Of a stretch of 32,000 nt of DNA, positions 17,105 through 26,131 are shown piece after piece. This DNA is from Dickeya dadantii NCPPB 898 (GTDB taxonomy: Bacteria; Pseudomonadota; Gammaproteobacteria; Enterobacterales; Enterobacteriaceae), in the NCBI RefSeq assembly GCF_000406145.1, contig NZ_CM001976.1, positions 193,186 to 225,185 on the forward strand, read 5' to 3'. Under the pieces are notes generated by a model. The model was not told the DNA's origin and did not search any database. It saw only the letters and a list, made by a program, of their open reading frames with translations. Numbering within the stretch: the first letter of the stretch is position 1; every line of letters starts with the position of its first letter. The position numbers and the translations under genes are program-made.

Positions 17105-17351
17105 TGATTTTACCCACGTAAAGTGGATACAGCCCTAAGCGAGGTTCTGGTTTTCAAATTGTTCCGGGTTGAGGCCGCCGCAAGCACTATGTCGATGCCA
17201 GCGGTTATAATCGCACTCGATATAATTAAACACCGTTGTTTTCATCTTTTCCCGACTGGCAATGTGCTTGCCGTGGATACATTCAATTTCAGCGAATGGA
17301 AAAATCTTTCCACGCAGGCATTATCACAACAACATCTTTTGGCACTCATGC
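17105..17351 (-). mobile_element. IS3-group fragment: terminal inverted repeat plus orfB 3' end
   Basis: The end reads tgattttacccacgtaaagtggatacagccctaagcgaggttc. The minus-strand translation ..[49 protein letters not shown] resembles the C-terminus of E. coli IS3 OrfB. It is truncated by the next IS. Confidence 0.65.
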
Positions 17352-17367
17352 TGTAAGCTCACCCGTT

Positions 17368-17658
17368 TTAGTTCCACACATTTTTTGAGATTTCCGGGTT
17401 TTCAGCTATCAGCCGGTATTCTTCCGGCGTCAGGTTATTCAGGGATTCATGAGGCCGTTCGCTGTTGTATTCGTGCAGCCAGCGCTCTGTGATTTCCCTG
17501 ACTTCATTCAGTGTTCTGAACAGATAAAAATCCAGGATTTCTGTCCGGTATGTCCGGTTGAACCGCTCGATGAAGGCATTTTGTGTCGGCCTGCCAGACT
17601 TAATAAAGTCCAGCATCACACCATGCTCCTCCGCCCACTGCGCCAGCGTCAGAGACAC
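17368..17658 (-). pseudogene. IS3-family orfB, C-terminal part
   Basis: ..GRPTQNAFIERFNRTYRTEILDFYLF...YNSERPHESLNNLTPEEY. The frame continues upstream as PELVSLTLAQW, which is the expected continuation of ...RMDNG at 19215. Confidence 0.75.
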
Positions 17659-17672
17659 CAGCTCGGGGTCGT

Positions 17673-19206
17673 GGTACCTGTGTAATACCTGACTGATGAG
17701 CTACTGGTCAGCATGTCATAAATTTTCTACACCAGGAATGAGTGCAACGTCTGGAGAAATATCATGATTGACATTACCTGCTGCGATACCCCGGTAACAT
17801 GGGCTACTATTGATATTGCTAAAAAATATCACGATGCAAAGATTAAACGCTCAAACGGTCAGGTTGTTTATCTGCGCGTCGAAAACTCACTCTCCGGGTA
17901 TACCCGGTTAATCAATCTTGCCCGTGGAGCCGGGGAAAAGAGGGTTGCCGGTTTCGAACCGACCGCCGATTATCACCGTAATATTGCCTAGTGGCTTCAG
18001 GAGCAGGGCGTCGAGTGCCATCTTGTTTCCTCGCTGGCCTGCGCCAGGGCGCGCGAAATACTTTTCAAAACCTGGGATAAAAATGACCGGAAAGATACCT
18101 GTGTCATTCTCTATCTTATGGGGCAAGGGGTTTCATCACCTTTTTATGATCCCCTGGCTAATGAAATGATGGATATTCAGGAGGTATCAAATACCTATTA
18201 TCAGATTTCCCTTGCAAGAACCCGCAGCCTCAACAGCCTGGTAAATCATTATCTGACGTTATATTTTCCTGAAGCTGAACAGTTTTACACCAGTCCCGGA
18301 CAGAATGGTTTTGTCAGTTTCTGCTGAGATTCCCCACACCACTGACAATCACCTCAATGGAAAAACACCAGTTTTTTGAGGAAGCCTGGGACATTATTGG
18401 CCGCAAACATACAAACAACAGTTTCTTGAACAGTTATATAACATTGCCGGGAATTCTGTAGCCCTGCCGCTGACGGAAAATTGCCTGGCTGTTACCACGT
18501 TTAAGCTACAAATCCGGCGGTACGTTGAACTGACTCTTCAACGACTCCAGTTAGAAAAAATGGCTGAAAGCTATCTGCAGGATCGCGCTGATTACCGCCA
18601 TCTGCGCTCGCTACCCGGCGTAGGCCCGGTGATTGCAATGATGATCATTGCTGAAAGCGGCGATCTGAACCGTTTTGCTCATTACCGTCAGTATATTAAT
18701 TACTGCGGATTTAACCTTTCAGCCAGTCAGAGTGGACAAAGGTGTAGTGGTTATAGCCTGTCAAAACGTGGAAATGCACGGCTGAGATATGCATTCTGGC
18801 TCGCTGCTACAGTCGCCATCAGAATGCAGGAAAACACCCTCAGGAACAAATATGAGCGCTATCTTAACATGGTGATACACCTGATCAGCGTCGTAAGGCC
18901 ATAACGGCTGTTGCAGCAAAACTTGCACGAATAGCGCATTCTGTAGTGAAAAGAAATGTAGATTATCAGAGGTATTTCGATATAAGCCATGGGACGTGAT
19001 TCAAACGGGTCGTAAGGCGCATCGCGACCACCAGATAATGCTCAATGCCCATGGCTTTTCCTGATGCTTTGTTAAGTCCTGTCGGGCCATATGGACCCTT
19101 GTATATCATGGTAAGCACGCCTGGCCAGCGGCGGACAGCAATATCACAATCAGAAACCGGCATGTGCTCTGGCAGACCTTTTTTTGTAAATCAGATTGAT
19201 TAAGAA
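17673..19206 (+). mobile_element. IS110-family element nested in the IS3-family orfB
   Basis: A roughly 1.5-kb insert sits exactly between the two halves of orfB and carries IS110-type transposase fragments. Confidence 0.65.
17764..18904 (+). pseudogene. IS110-family (DEDD) transposase, frameshifted
   Basis: Pieces lie in at least 3 frames: WATIDIAKKYH...GFEPTADYHRNIA, then WLQEQGVECHLVSS...DRKD, then LRSLPGVGPVIAMMIIAESGDLNRF...SGYSLSKRGNARLRYAFW. Confidence 0.65.
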
Positions 19207-19706
19207 GGTAGTCCGTTATCCATCCGCATCTTCAGCTGATAGCCGCGATTTGCCACGACCTTGTCCAGTATACGGATAACCCGTTGTGCCGGGATATTCG
19301 GGTCGATTTCAATGGCCAGTGCTTCGCGGTTAAAGTCATCCACCACATTGAAAGTCCGGAATCGTCTGCCACACATCAGCGCATCGTGCATGAAATCGAT
19401 GGACCAGCTCTGGTTGAGCGCTTCCGACGTAGCCAGTGGTGCCGGGCTACGCACCGGCAGACGCTGCTTTCCCTTACGACGAAAATTCAGTTTCAGCAGG
19501 CAATAAATCCGGTGAACACGCTTGTGATTCCAGGCGCTGCCCTGCCTGCGAAGCACCTGAAACAGTTTCTTAAAACCGTATCGCGGATAGCGTTCCGCCA
19601 TTTCAGTCAGTACCTGGATCACCGGTTCATCCCTGCCCGTATCCGGCTGATAAAAATAGACCGTCCTGCTCAGCGACAATGTCCTGCATGCCTGGTGGAT
19701 GCTCAT
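19200..19706 (-). pseudogene. IS3-family orfB, N-terminal part
   Basis: YGFKKLFQVLRRQG...WSIDFMHD...DDFNREALAIEID (the first D and second D of the DDE motif). It ends prematurely at the IS110 junction. Confidence 0.75.
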
Positions 19707-19756
19707 CGAAAATTGTGTTGTCAGGTAACCGACGAGCTCACGCTTTATCGCTGGTT

Positions 19757-20023
19757 TTAAAGCTTTTTTTCGATAACGTCTTTTAACGCCCGGTTCTCCA
19801 GACTCAGATCGGCAAACATTTGTTTGAGGCGACGATTTTCGTCCTCAAGATCCTTCATCTTTTTGATATCAGAGGTTTCCATACCGCCAAACTTTGCTTT
19901 CCAGTTATAGTACGAGGCCTCGGATATCCCCGCTTCCCGGCAGACATCTTTGACTGTGCGTCCGGCTTCGACGGACTTGAGAACGGCGATGATCTGGTGT
20001 TCGGTGAATCGGGCTTTACGCAT
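19757..20023 (-). CDS. IS3-family orfA (HTH + leucine zipper) with A_AAA_AAG frameshift site
   Basis: RFTEHQIIAVLKSVEAGRTVKDVCREAGISEASYYNWKAKFGGME. The slippery AAAAAAG (plus strand 19763-19769) lies just before the stop, and the -1 frame runs into orfB. Confidence 0.8.
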   Translation of the reverse strand: MRKARFTEHQIIAVLKSVEAGRTVKDVCREAGISEASYYNWKAKFGGMETSDIKKMKDLEDENRRLKQMFADLSLENRALKDVIEKKL

Positions 20024-20216
20024 GACGAGCTCGTCTCAGGGACATAATCAGTATGTCGGGAGATCTCTAAAAGTGAATGGTCCGGTTTGGCGGGATGCTT
20101 ACAGATCAGTTCAGTGTCACTATGGCACATTTTTTCTCTATTTCTGAGTCTTTATTAATGTTATATTCAGAGTAATAAATTGCAAGCTGTGCTGTTGAAC
20201 TAATAGAGTAGATGAT

Positions 20217-21200
20217 ATGGATATTTGTATTGAAGAGGCTGTAAGGCAAAGAATTCTCAAGATGACTAAAGAGCTGAGAATTGAGAGAATAGTACTTGGT
20301 ATGGATATGAGCACTCCAGGTATTGAGATTTCTCCTCTTTATAATCCAATAACGGATAAATCAAAACATAACGTATATTATACCGATTATACATCTGCTG
20401 AAGAATCACGTAAAAAGCATGCTGACTATGAACACGATGAAATCGTAGATCTCGATTTCATATGGGATCAGAAATTAACACTTTCTGAGTGTGTTCCTGC
20501 TGGGAATAAATTTGAATGGGCAATTGCGTCACATGTCTTAGAGCATGTCCCTGACCCTGTTGGATGGATGAATGAGATTTTAGACACACTGAATGATCGA
20601 GGAATTATTTCTCTCGTACTTCCTAATGCAGATTTAATTGGAGATCATTTAAGAAAAAAAACAGAAGTTTCGGATTTGATAGAGTCATGGCTTTATGGTA
20701 GGGAATTACCCGGACCATCTCAACTATACGACTTTCTTAGAAACACAATATCTCAAGGAAGTACGTCTGTCGCTTCAGGTGACGGCAGGCACTATACGAA
20801 AAAACAAGCAATTGACTTTGTAATCCACTCATGGACAACTGGCGAATACCTTGACGCACATTGCTCTGTGTTCAGTCCGGAAAGCTTTGTTGAGCTCATT
20901 GAAGAGTTAACGTCACTTGGCATAATGAATGTTAAAGTTGTTGAGCTTTGTCCGGCAGGTCAGGAGTTTTATGTGAAACTACAAAAAATGGGGCCCCCTT
21001 CGCTATTGCTACCCCAACGCTTTTCTCCTTATAGTTCAATGGAGTCCGCAGATCACCAGATCGCCTGTCTTACTAAAGACCTTCAGCATGCAAGGATGGC
21101 ATTTAATCAAGCCGTTGAAGTACAGGAAAAACTTAAAAAGGAAATAGAGAATTTGCAAAAAGGGCCACTCTATTTTCTTAAGCGTATACTTCATAAATAG
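20217..21200 (+). CDS. putative SAM-dependent methyltransferase-like protein with C-terminal coiled coil
   Basis: GIEISPLYNP...VYYTDY...FEWAIASHVLEHVPDPVGWMNEILDTLNDRGIISLVLPN resembles a class I MTase fold family, judged from memory only. The gene is AT-rich and flanked by insertion sequences. Confidence 0.45.
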   Translation: MDICIEEAVRQRILKMTKELRIERIVLGMDMSTPGIEISPLYNPITDKSKHNVYYTDYTSAEESRKKHADYEHDEIVDLDFIWDQKLTLSECVPAGNKFEWAIASHVLEHVPDPVGWMNEILDTLNDRGIISLVLPNADLIGDHLRKKTEVSDLIESWLYGRELPGPSQLYDFLRNTISQGSTSVASGDGRHYTKKQAIDFVIHSWTTGEYLDAHCSVFSPESFVELIEELTSLGIMNVKVVELCPAGQEFYVKLQKMGPPSLLLPQRFSPYSSMESADHQIACLTKDLQHARMAFNQAVEVQEKLKKEIENLQKGPLYFLKRILHK

Positions 21201-21339
21201 TAAAGTTGGCGGCGTATGCCGCCTCAAAAAATTCTATTTCTCTAATTGAGAAAGCGTTCAGAATTCTGTGTCACGTTAAAAAGACGACAGCGCCATCATA
21301 TTATTCAGCCGCTCGTCAAAATGAATGGCTAGCTGGGGT

Positions 21340-22258
21340 AATGTCAAATTCCAGTTCTGGACGGACATTGTCCATTTTTTAAGAGCTTGTCCGTAATTCT
21401 GTGTAACTGCCACGGTATTAAAGGTGATCGCTCAGGCGGTCACCGAACTAGATAATAAAACGGCTCATCGCCAGCCGCCAGTTTTGGATCGGCATACTCC
21501 ATTTTTTCGACGCCGCCCGTATCGCCAGATAAACAACCTTGCGCACCGAGTCGTCCGTTGGGAACACGCTGCGTTTCTTTATTGCCTAGCGGATAACGCT
21601 GTTCAATGATTCTATTGCGTTGGTGGTATATATCGCCTTACGGATGTCGGGCGGGTAGCCAAAGAGCGTGTCCAGTGCCATCAGCGCCGCCTCCTCTGTG
21701 GGGGCCTGATACACCGCCTTCAACCCGCTGGTGACCTCTTTGTAATCCTTCCACGACACGTATTTCAGGCTGCTACGCACCATGTGGATGATGCAGAGCT
21801 GGGTATGTGTTTGAGGATAAACGCTGTTTATCGCATCCGGGAAGCCCTTCAGACCGTCCACGCAGGCAATCAGGATGTCCTGAAGCCCCCGGTTTTTCAG
21901 CTCCGTCAGTACATTGAGCCAGAACTTCGCGCCTTCATTTTCGGCCAGCCACATACCCAATTTCGGCCAGCCACATACCCAATAACTCTTTCTGGCCTTC
22001 TGTACTGATGCCCAATGCGAGGAGCACGGCTTTGTTGATTACGCTGCCGCTGTAACGAACTTTTACCACGATACAATCAAGATAAACAATCGGATACAGC
22101 GAGTTCAGTGGCCGATTTTGCCATTCTGTCACCTGTTCTTTAACCGCATCAGTTACTTTGGATATCAGCGTGGGGAAACATCTGCATCATACATCTCTTT
22201 GAAGGTGGCAACGATTTCCCGCGTGGTCATGCCTTTGGCATACAGAGATAAAATCTGG
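21340..22258 (-). mobile_element. IS256-family element remnant (transposase pseudogene, 5'-truncated)
   Basis: [14 protein letters not shown]...[24 protein letters not shown]...[12 protein letters not shown]...CIIHMVRSS...[11 protein letters not shown]. It carries two in-frame TAG codons near the 3' end and a 22-bp tandem duplication (21939-21982). The lower boundary is approximate. Confidence 0.7.
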
Positions 22259-22261
22259 ACT

Positions 22262-22303
22262 GACCCCGCTTAGGGCCGTGTCCACATTAGGTGGGTAGGA
22301 TCA
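22262..22303. repeat. orphan IS3-group terminal inverted repeat
   Basis: The reverse complement tgatcctacccacctaatgtggacacggccctaagcgggg pairs with the IS3 end at 17105. The two ends bracket the whole 5.2-kb IS mosaic. Confidence 0.55.
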
Positions 22304-22370
22304 GTAACCTGTTTTCCTTGCCATAGACACCATCCCCATCTTTCGCCCATCTTTGATGGCGGGTTTTTTT
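22304..22370 (+). ncRNA. CpxQ sRNA / cpxP 3'UTR-like element with terminator, copy B
   Basis: gtaacctgttttccttgccatagacaccatccccatctttcgcccatctttgatggcgggttttttt. From memory it resembles the conserved enterobacterial cpxP 3' end, and cpxP is the upstream neighbour of fieF in E. coli. Confidence 0.4.
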
Positions 22371-22397
22371 GTCCATACTCTGTGCCGCCTTTTCTTA

Positions 22398-22581
22398 GTA
22401 CTGTTGTGCCATGACTGTGCGAACCCCCACGACGCGCGTTTTTGCTGGCCCGTCAGCATAATGTCCTCCACTGCCACAACGGGCTGAAATCGCTTGGAAA
22501 AGCGTGTATCGACAGGCGTGGCGGTATCTGTTCCATACCCTTGCATGGGTCCCTTTGTCGCTAATTCTGATGAGACACGTT
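22398..22581 (+). pseudogene. decayed gene I 3' stub upstream of H3
   Basis: Near-identical to the H2 stub from about 22430 onward, with recognisable similarity from about 22400. Confidence 0.5.
22405..22462 (+). promoter_or_regulatory. Ogr-box-like late promoter (degenerate right half-site) for H3
   Basis: TGTgccatgactgtgCGA (22405-22422), then 34 nt, then CATAAT (22457-22462). Confidence 0.35.
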
Positions 22582-23868
22582 ATGAGCACAAAATATACCG
22601 CTCTGCTTACCCAGGTGGGTGCAGCCAGGCTGGCGAATGCGATTGCGCTGGGAAAACAGCTGGAAATTACCCAAATGGGGGTGGGAGACGCTGGTGGCAC
22701 GCTGCCGACGCCGGATGCGACACAGACCAAACTGATTAACGAAAAACGACGCGCGCCGCTCAATTCACTGAACGTCGACCCGGCCAACGCCAATCAGATT
22801 ATTGCCGAGCAGGTGATTCCGGATCACGAAGGTGGATTCTGGCTGCGTGAAATCGGTTTGTATGACGCCGATGACAATCTGGTGGCGGTGGCCAACTGCC
22901 CCGAAACCTATAAACCGCAGATGCAGGAAGGCTCCAGCCGCGTGCAGACGGTACGCATGATTCTGGCGGTCGGCCAGACTGATGCGGTATCGCTGAAAAT
23001 CGACCCGGCGGTGGTGCTGGCTAGCCGGCAGTATGTAGATAACATGGCTGACGGAAAACTGGCTAAAGCTCAAAATGGTGCGGATATTACGAATAAAGCT
23101 CAGTTTATAGAGAATTTGGGTGTGAGGAACTCATTCTCCGGTGTAATTGGCATGACGCGAAATGCCACGATGAATATTCCCTCCGCTTCTTCCAGCGCCA
23201 CATTTACTGCCGATGAGATAATTGTTGGAACTGCTCTGGGGGGAAACCAATATCGGATTGGTTTATTCAAGAAGACGATCGATCTGACAAAAAATGGCGT
23301 TGGGGGAATGGATACCGGAACGGTCCCTGATGAGGGGTTTGTCGGGATTTATGCCATTTATAATCCGGCGACGATGGCGTCAGGCTTGCTCACGGTTAAC
23401 GCCACCTCAGTTAAATTGCCGGAAATCTATAACGGAACCAATATGCCGGATGGATATACAGCATCGGCATTATTGACGGTTGTGCCGGTCAAGGCGGGTA
23501 AGTTTACCGTATTATCTGTCTTTGGAAGGCAAGTGCATATTCCTGGAGTACGAGTCTATTCTGGATTACCAAATACATCAGGTGTTGATATTCCCGTTAG
23601 TAAATTCATTCCATTGAATACAAGAACTATTAGTGGGGTATTACGGCAGAGTAGTACGGGAGATGGCCTTGTATCCATAACAGTATCTAGTAATCTGAGT
23701 CCTGTTTCTGGTCAGCAGATGACAAATTATGTGTTTGCAAATATGGAGGTGTCAAATAATTATGCTGATATTCTGATTGTTGATGAGGGACATATTGTGG
23801 CTGCTGCGAGTAACGCAACATCAGGAAATGCGACGGTTATTATTGGCATATCTAAATATGCTATATGA
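22582..23868 (+). CDS. tail fibre paralogue H3 (near-copy of H2 with replaced tip)
   Basis: Starts MSTKYTALLTQVGAARLANA. It is nearly identical to H2 up to ..VPVKAGKF and then diverges. Confidence 0.85.
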   Translation: MSTKYTALLTQVGAARLANAIALGKQLEITQMGVGDAGGTLPTPDATQTKLINEKRRAPLNSLNVDPANANQIIAEQVIPDHEGGFWLREIGLYDADDNLVAVANCPETYKPQMQEGSSRVQTVRMILAVGQTDAVSLKIDPAVVLASRQYVDNMADGKLAKAQNGADITNKAQFIENLGVRNSFSGVIGMTRNATMNIPSASSSATFTADEIIVGTALGGNQYRIGLFKKTIDLTKNGVGGMDTGTVPDEGFVGIYAIYNPATMASGLLTVNATSVKLPEIYNGTNMPDGYTASALLTVVPVKAGKFTVLSVFGRQVHIPGVRVYSGLPNTSGVDIPVSKFIPLNTRTISGVLRQSSTGDGLVSITVSSNLSPVSGQQMTNYVFANMEVSNNYADILIVDEGHIVAAASNATSGNATVIIGISKYAI

Positions 23869-23949
23869 AATTCTGGTTGATGATGAGTTTATGAGATTTT
23901 TACTGTATTATCCTGTTTTTTAATATTATTTTTTTTGGTTTTTATTCAT

Positions 23950-23980
23950 TGATCTCATTAATAATCGAGGCCATTTTTTT
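23950..23980 (+). terminator. degenerate copy of the H2 terminator after H3
   Basis: tgatctca-ttaataat-cgaggcca-ttttttt. The stem is imperfect and homologous to 17061-17090. Confidence 0.4.
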
Positions 23981-24019
23981 GTAAGAGAAAATATTGTTAA
24001 TTCTAAGTGTTTTATCTGT

Positions 24020-24077
24020 TGTGCCATAAATATCACACCTCCCATATCGAATTATTTCATTAAGCGAGCAGCATAAT
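24020..24077 (+). promoter_or_regulatory. Ogr-box late promoter candidate for H4 (inside an AT-drifted gene I stub, about 24013-24201)
   Basis: TGTgccataaatatcACA (24020-24037), then 34 nt, then CATAAT (24072-24077). Confidence 0.5.
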
Positions 24078-24201
24078 GTTTTTAACGATAACAATGGGCA
24101 TGAATTACTTGAAAATTATGACGATCCATTTTCTTTCATAAGCATTTCATACCGGTGTTATATGACCTTTTCCTTTATAAATAATCCTGCAGAGAGCAAA
24201 T

Positions 24202-25494
24202 ATGGGTATTAAATACGTTACATTGCTTACCCGGGTCGGCGAGGTCAAACTGGCAGCATCGATCTTGACCGGAAAACCACTGCAAATTGCCCAAATGGGG
24301 GTGGGAGATGGCGGCGGTACTCTGCCGACGCCGGATGCGACACAGACCAAACTGGTTAATGAGAAACGGCGTGGTGCCATCAATTCACTGACGATTGATC
24401 CCAACAACACCAACCAGATTATTGCCGAACAGGTGATCCCGGAAAATGAAGGTGGGTTTTGGTTACGCGAAATCGGCCTGTATGATGTGGATGGTGATCT
24501 GATTGCAGTCGGTAATTGCCCGGAAACCTATAAGCCGGAATTGAAGGAAGGCTCCGGTCGGGTACAGACGGTACGCATGATTCTGATTGTGAGCCATACT
24601 GATGCGGTGATGATGACGTTTGACCCAACGGTGGCGCTGGCAAGCCGGCAATATGTCGATGACAAGACATTATCCTCGCTAGCGTATACCGACACGAACG
24701 TGATCGAAGTTAAATCGTATACTGACAACTTGTTAGCGGAGCATATTGCTGCGGCCGATCCGCACAAACAATATGCGCCGATTGATAGCCCGGTATTTGT
24801 TGGTAACCCCACTGCGCCGACACCGCCTTTCTTTGATGCCGACACCAGTATCGCCACCACCGCGTTTGTACAACGTGCGTTGGGAAATATGAAATCAGCG
24901 TTTGGCGTCAGGGAAAATAAGGTACTTACCAGTGATGCCTTTGGCTGTTTCATCGAGTCGCAAATAGCCGGTATCACGATTACGTTGCCTGATGCATCAC
25001 TTTGTCCTGGCGGAGTCATTGAGTTTAATAATATTTCCAATGGCGCAGTTACTGTTTCTGGCGCGAGTGTAGATATTCTCGGACCGAATAATCCATCTGG
25101 TTCGAAGATGTTGAAAATTCAAAGTGGCGTAAATGTAAAATTTCTTTCCACTGGGCCGCAATGGAGAGCGATAGGTGGAGTAGGGATTGCTGGTGCAGGA
25201 TTGAATGGTTATCAGGTGTTGCCATCTGGTATTATTATTCAATGGGGTGTTGGAAAAACGTTAGCAGCAGGTGTTATTAATCAAACATTCCCTATTGTAT
25301 ATCCCAATAATTTTTTCTCAGTAGTCATTACAGAAAATAATTCCGTTGGGTGGAATTACACTGGTGTGACTGTCTATGGGCAAAGCAATAGTACCAAGGA
25401 AATGTTAAAAGGGTATGGTGCTTTTGTCCGTAATGGTGGTTCTGTCGAATTTTCTTCTGATATCTCTTATCAATTTATTGCGATAGGGAACTGA
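24202..25494 (+). CDS. tail fibre paralogue H4
   Basis: It has the gpH N-domain and a shaft segment shared with H5 (ASRQYVDDKTLS.LAYTDTNVIEVKSY.DNLLAEHIAA..PHKQYAP). The motif ATTAFV is present. The AT-rich C-terminus contains YQVLPSGIIIQWG, a tip type common in enterobacterial phage fibres. Confidence 0.85.
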   Translation: MGIKYVTLLTRVGEVKLAASILTGKPLQIAQMGVGDGGGTLPTPDATQTKLVNEKRRGAINSLTIDPNNTNQIIAEQVIPENEGGFWLREIGLYDVDGDLIAVGNCPETYKPELKEGSGRVQTVRMILIVSHTDAVMMTFDPTVALASRQYVDDKTLSSLAYTDTNVIEVKSYTDNLLAEHIAAADPHKQYAPIDSPVFVGNPTAPTPPFFDADTSIATTAFVQRALGNMKSAFGVRENKVLTSDAFGCFIESQIAGITITLPDASLCPGGVIEFNNISNGAVTVSGASVDILGPNNPSGSKMLKIQSGVNVKFLSTGPQWRAIGGVGIAGAGLNGYQVLPSGIIIQWGVGKTLAAGVINQTFPIVYPNNFFSVVITENNSVGWNYTGVTVYGQSNSTKEMLKGYGAFVRNGGSVEFSSDISYQFIAIGN

Positions 25495-25502
25495 GGTGTA
25501 AT

Positions 25503-25880
25503 ATGTTTTATTCCAAGTCAAATAGTGGTTTTTATAGTAAAGACGTTAATGGCGCTAACATTCCCGATGATGCTGTTGAAATTAGTGATGATTATTATCA
25601 ACATTTATTGAATGAGCAGGCGCTTGGCAACACGATTATTTTTGATGAATTGGCGAAAAAACCTATCGCCGTTACCCCGGCCCCCGTATCAGAAACTCAG
25701 TTGGCTGAAGCAGCACGGCGGCAGCGTGACAATTTATTGATCGCCAGCGATTGGACCCAGGTGCCGGATGCGCCGGTTGATCAGCAAGCCTGGCGTTCTT
25801 ATCGTGCAGTATTGCGTCAGGTGCCGGAACAAACAGGTTTTCCTCACAATGTAGAGTGGCCGGTGTCGCCTGGAAAATAA
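25503..25880 (+). CDS. tail fibre assembly chaperone for H4
   Basis: The C-terminal R.QRDNLLIASDWTQVPDAPVDQQAWRSYRAVLRQVPEQTGFPHNVEWP is a typical chaperone motif. GAGGTG RBS. Confidence 0.8.
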   Translation: MFYSKSNSGFYSKDVNGANIPDDAVEISDDYYQHLLNEQALGNTIIFDELAKKPIAVTPAPVSETQLAEAARRQRDNLLIASDWTQVPDAPVDQQAWRSYRAVLRQVPEQTGFPHNVEWPVSPGK

Positions 25881-25925
25881 ATAAAAGCGCACTTTATTCA
25901 CGCTCTCCGCTTTGTTTCATTTTTT

Positions 25926-25951
25926 CCCGCCTTTACGGCGGGTTTATTTTT
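25926..25951 (+). terminator. rho-independent terminator
   Basis: cccgcc-tttac-ggcggg-tttattttt. Confidence 0.7.
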
Positions 25952-25961
25952 AATTACATGT

Positions 25962-26019
25962 TGTGTCATGGCCGACACAACGCCAGCCATACGACACGAT
26001 GCTATCCCCTTTGGATAAT
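25962..26019 (+). promoter_or_regulatory. Ogr-box late promoter candidate for H5 (inside a gene I stub, about 25955-26131)
   Basis: TGTgtcatggccgacACA (25962-25979, part of the 7-bp inverted repeat TTGTGTC/GACACAA), then 34 nt, then GATAAT (26014-26019). Confidence 0.5.
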
Positions 26020-26131
26020 GTTGTCTGAAACAGCAATAGAATGGAATGCGTTGCAAATACTGGTGGCTATTTTTTCAGGCAATTATTGCAACGTCAGTGA
26101 CACTTTTAGGCGACATAAGGGGATACTGATT

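Larger units (their letters stand above)
17352..20103 (-). mobile_element. IS3-family (IS407-group-like) element, interrupted by an IS110-family insertion
   Basis: Both ends read TGTAAGC... inward. orfA is intact and orfB is split into 19200-19706 and 17368-17672. The element is about 1.2 kb once the nested IS is removed. Confidence 0.7.

Noticed and set aside
17348-20107. Target-site duplications flanking the IS407-like element, and 3-bp duplications flanking the IS3 ends.
   Set aside because: The flanks do not match (atgc versus gatc, and ccg versus gta), so no duplication is claimed. I read this as evidence for rearrangement.
25881-25951. A possible third copy of the CpxQ-like element ahead of the H5 cassette.
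   Set aside because: Only the generic hairpin plus T-run and a short tttgtttcat resemble it. The acaccatccc core is missing, so it is called a plain terminator.
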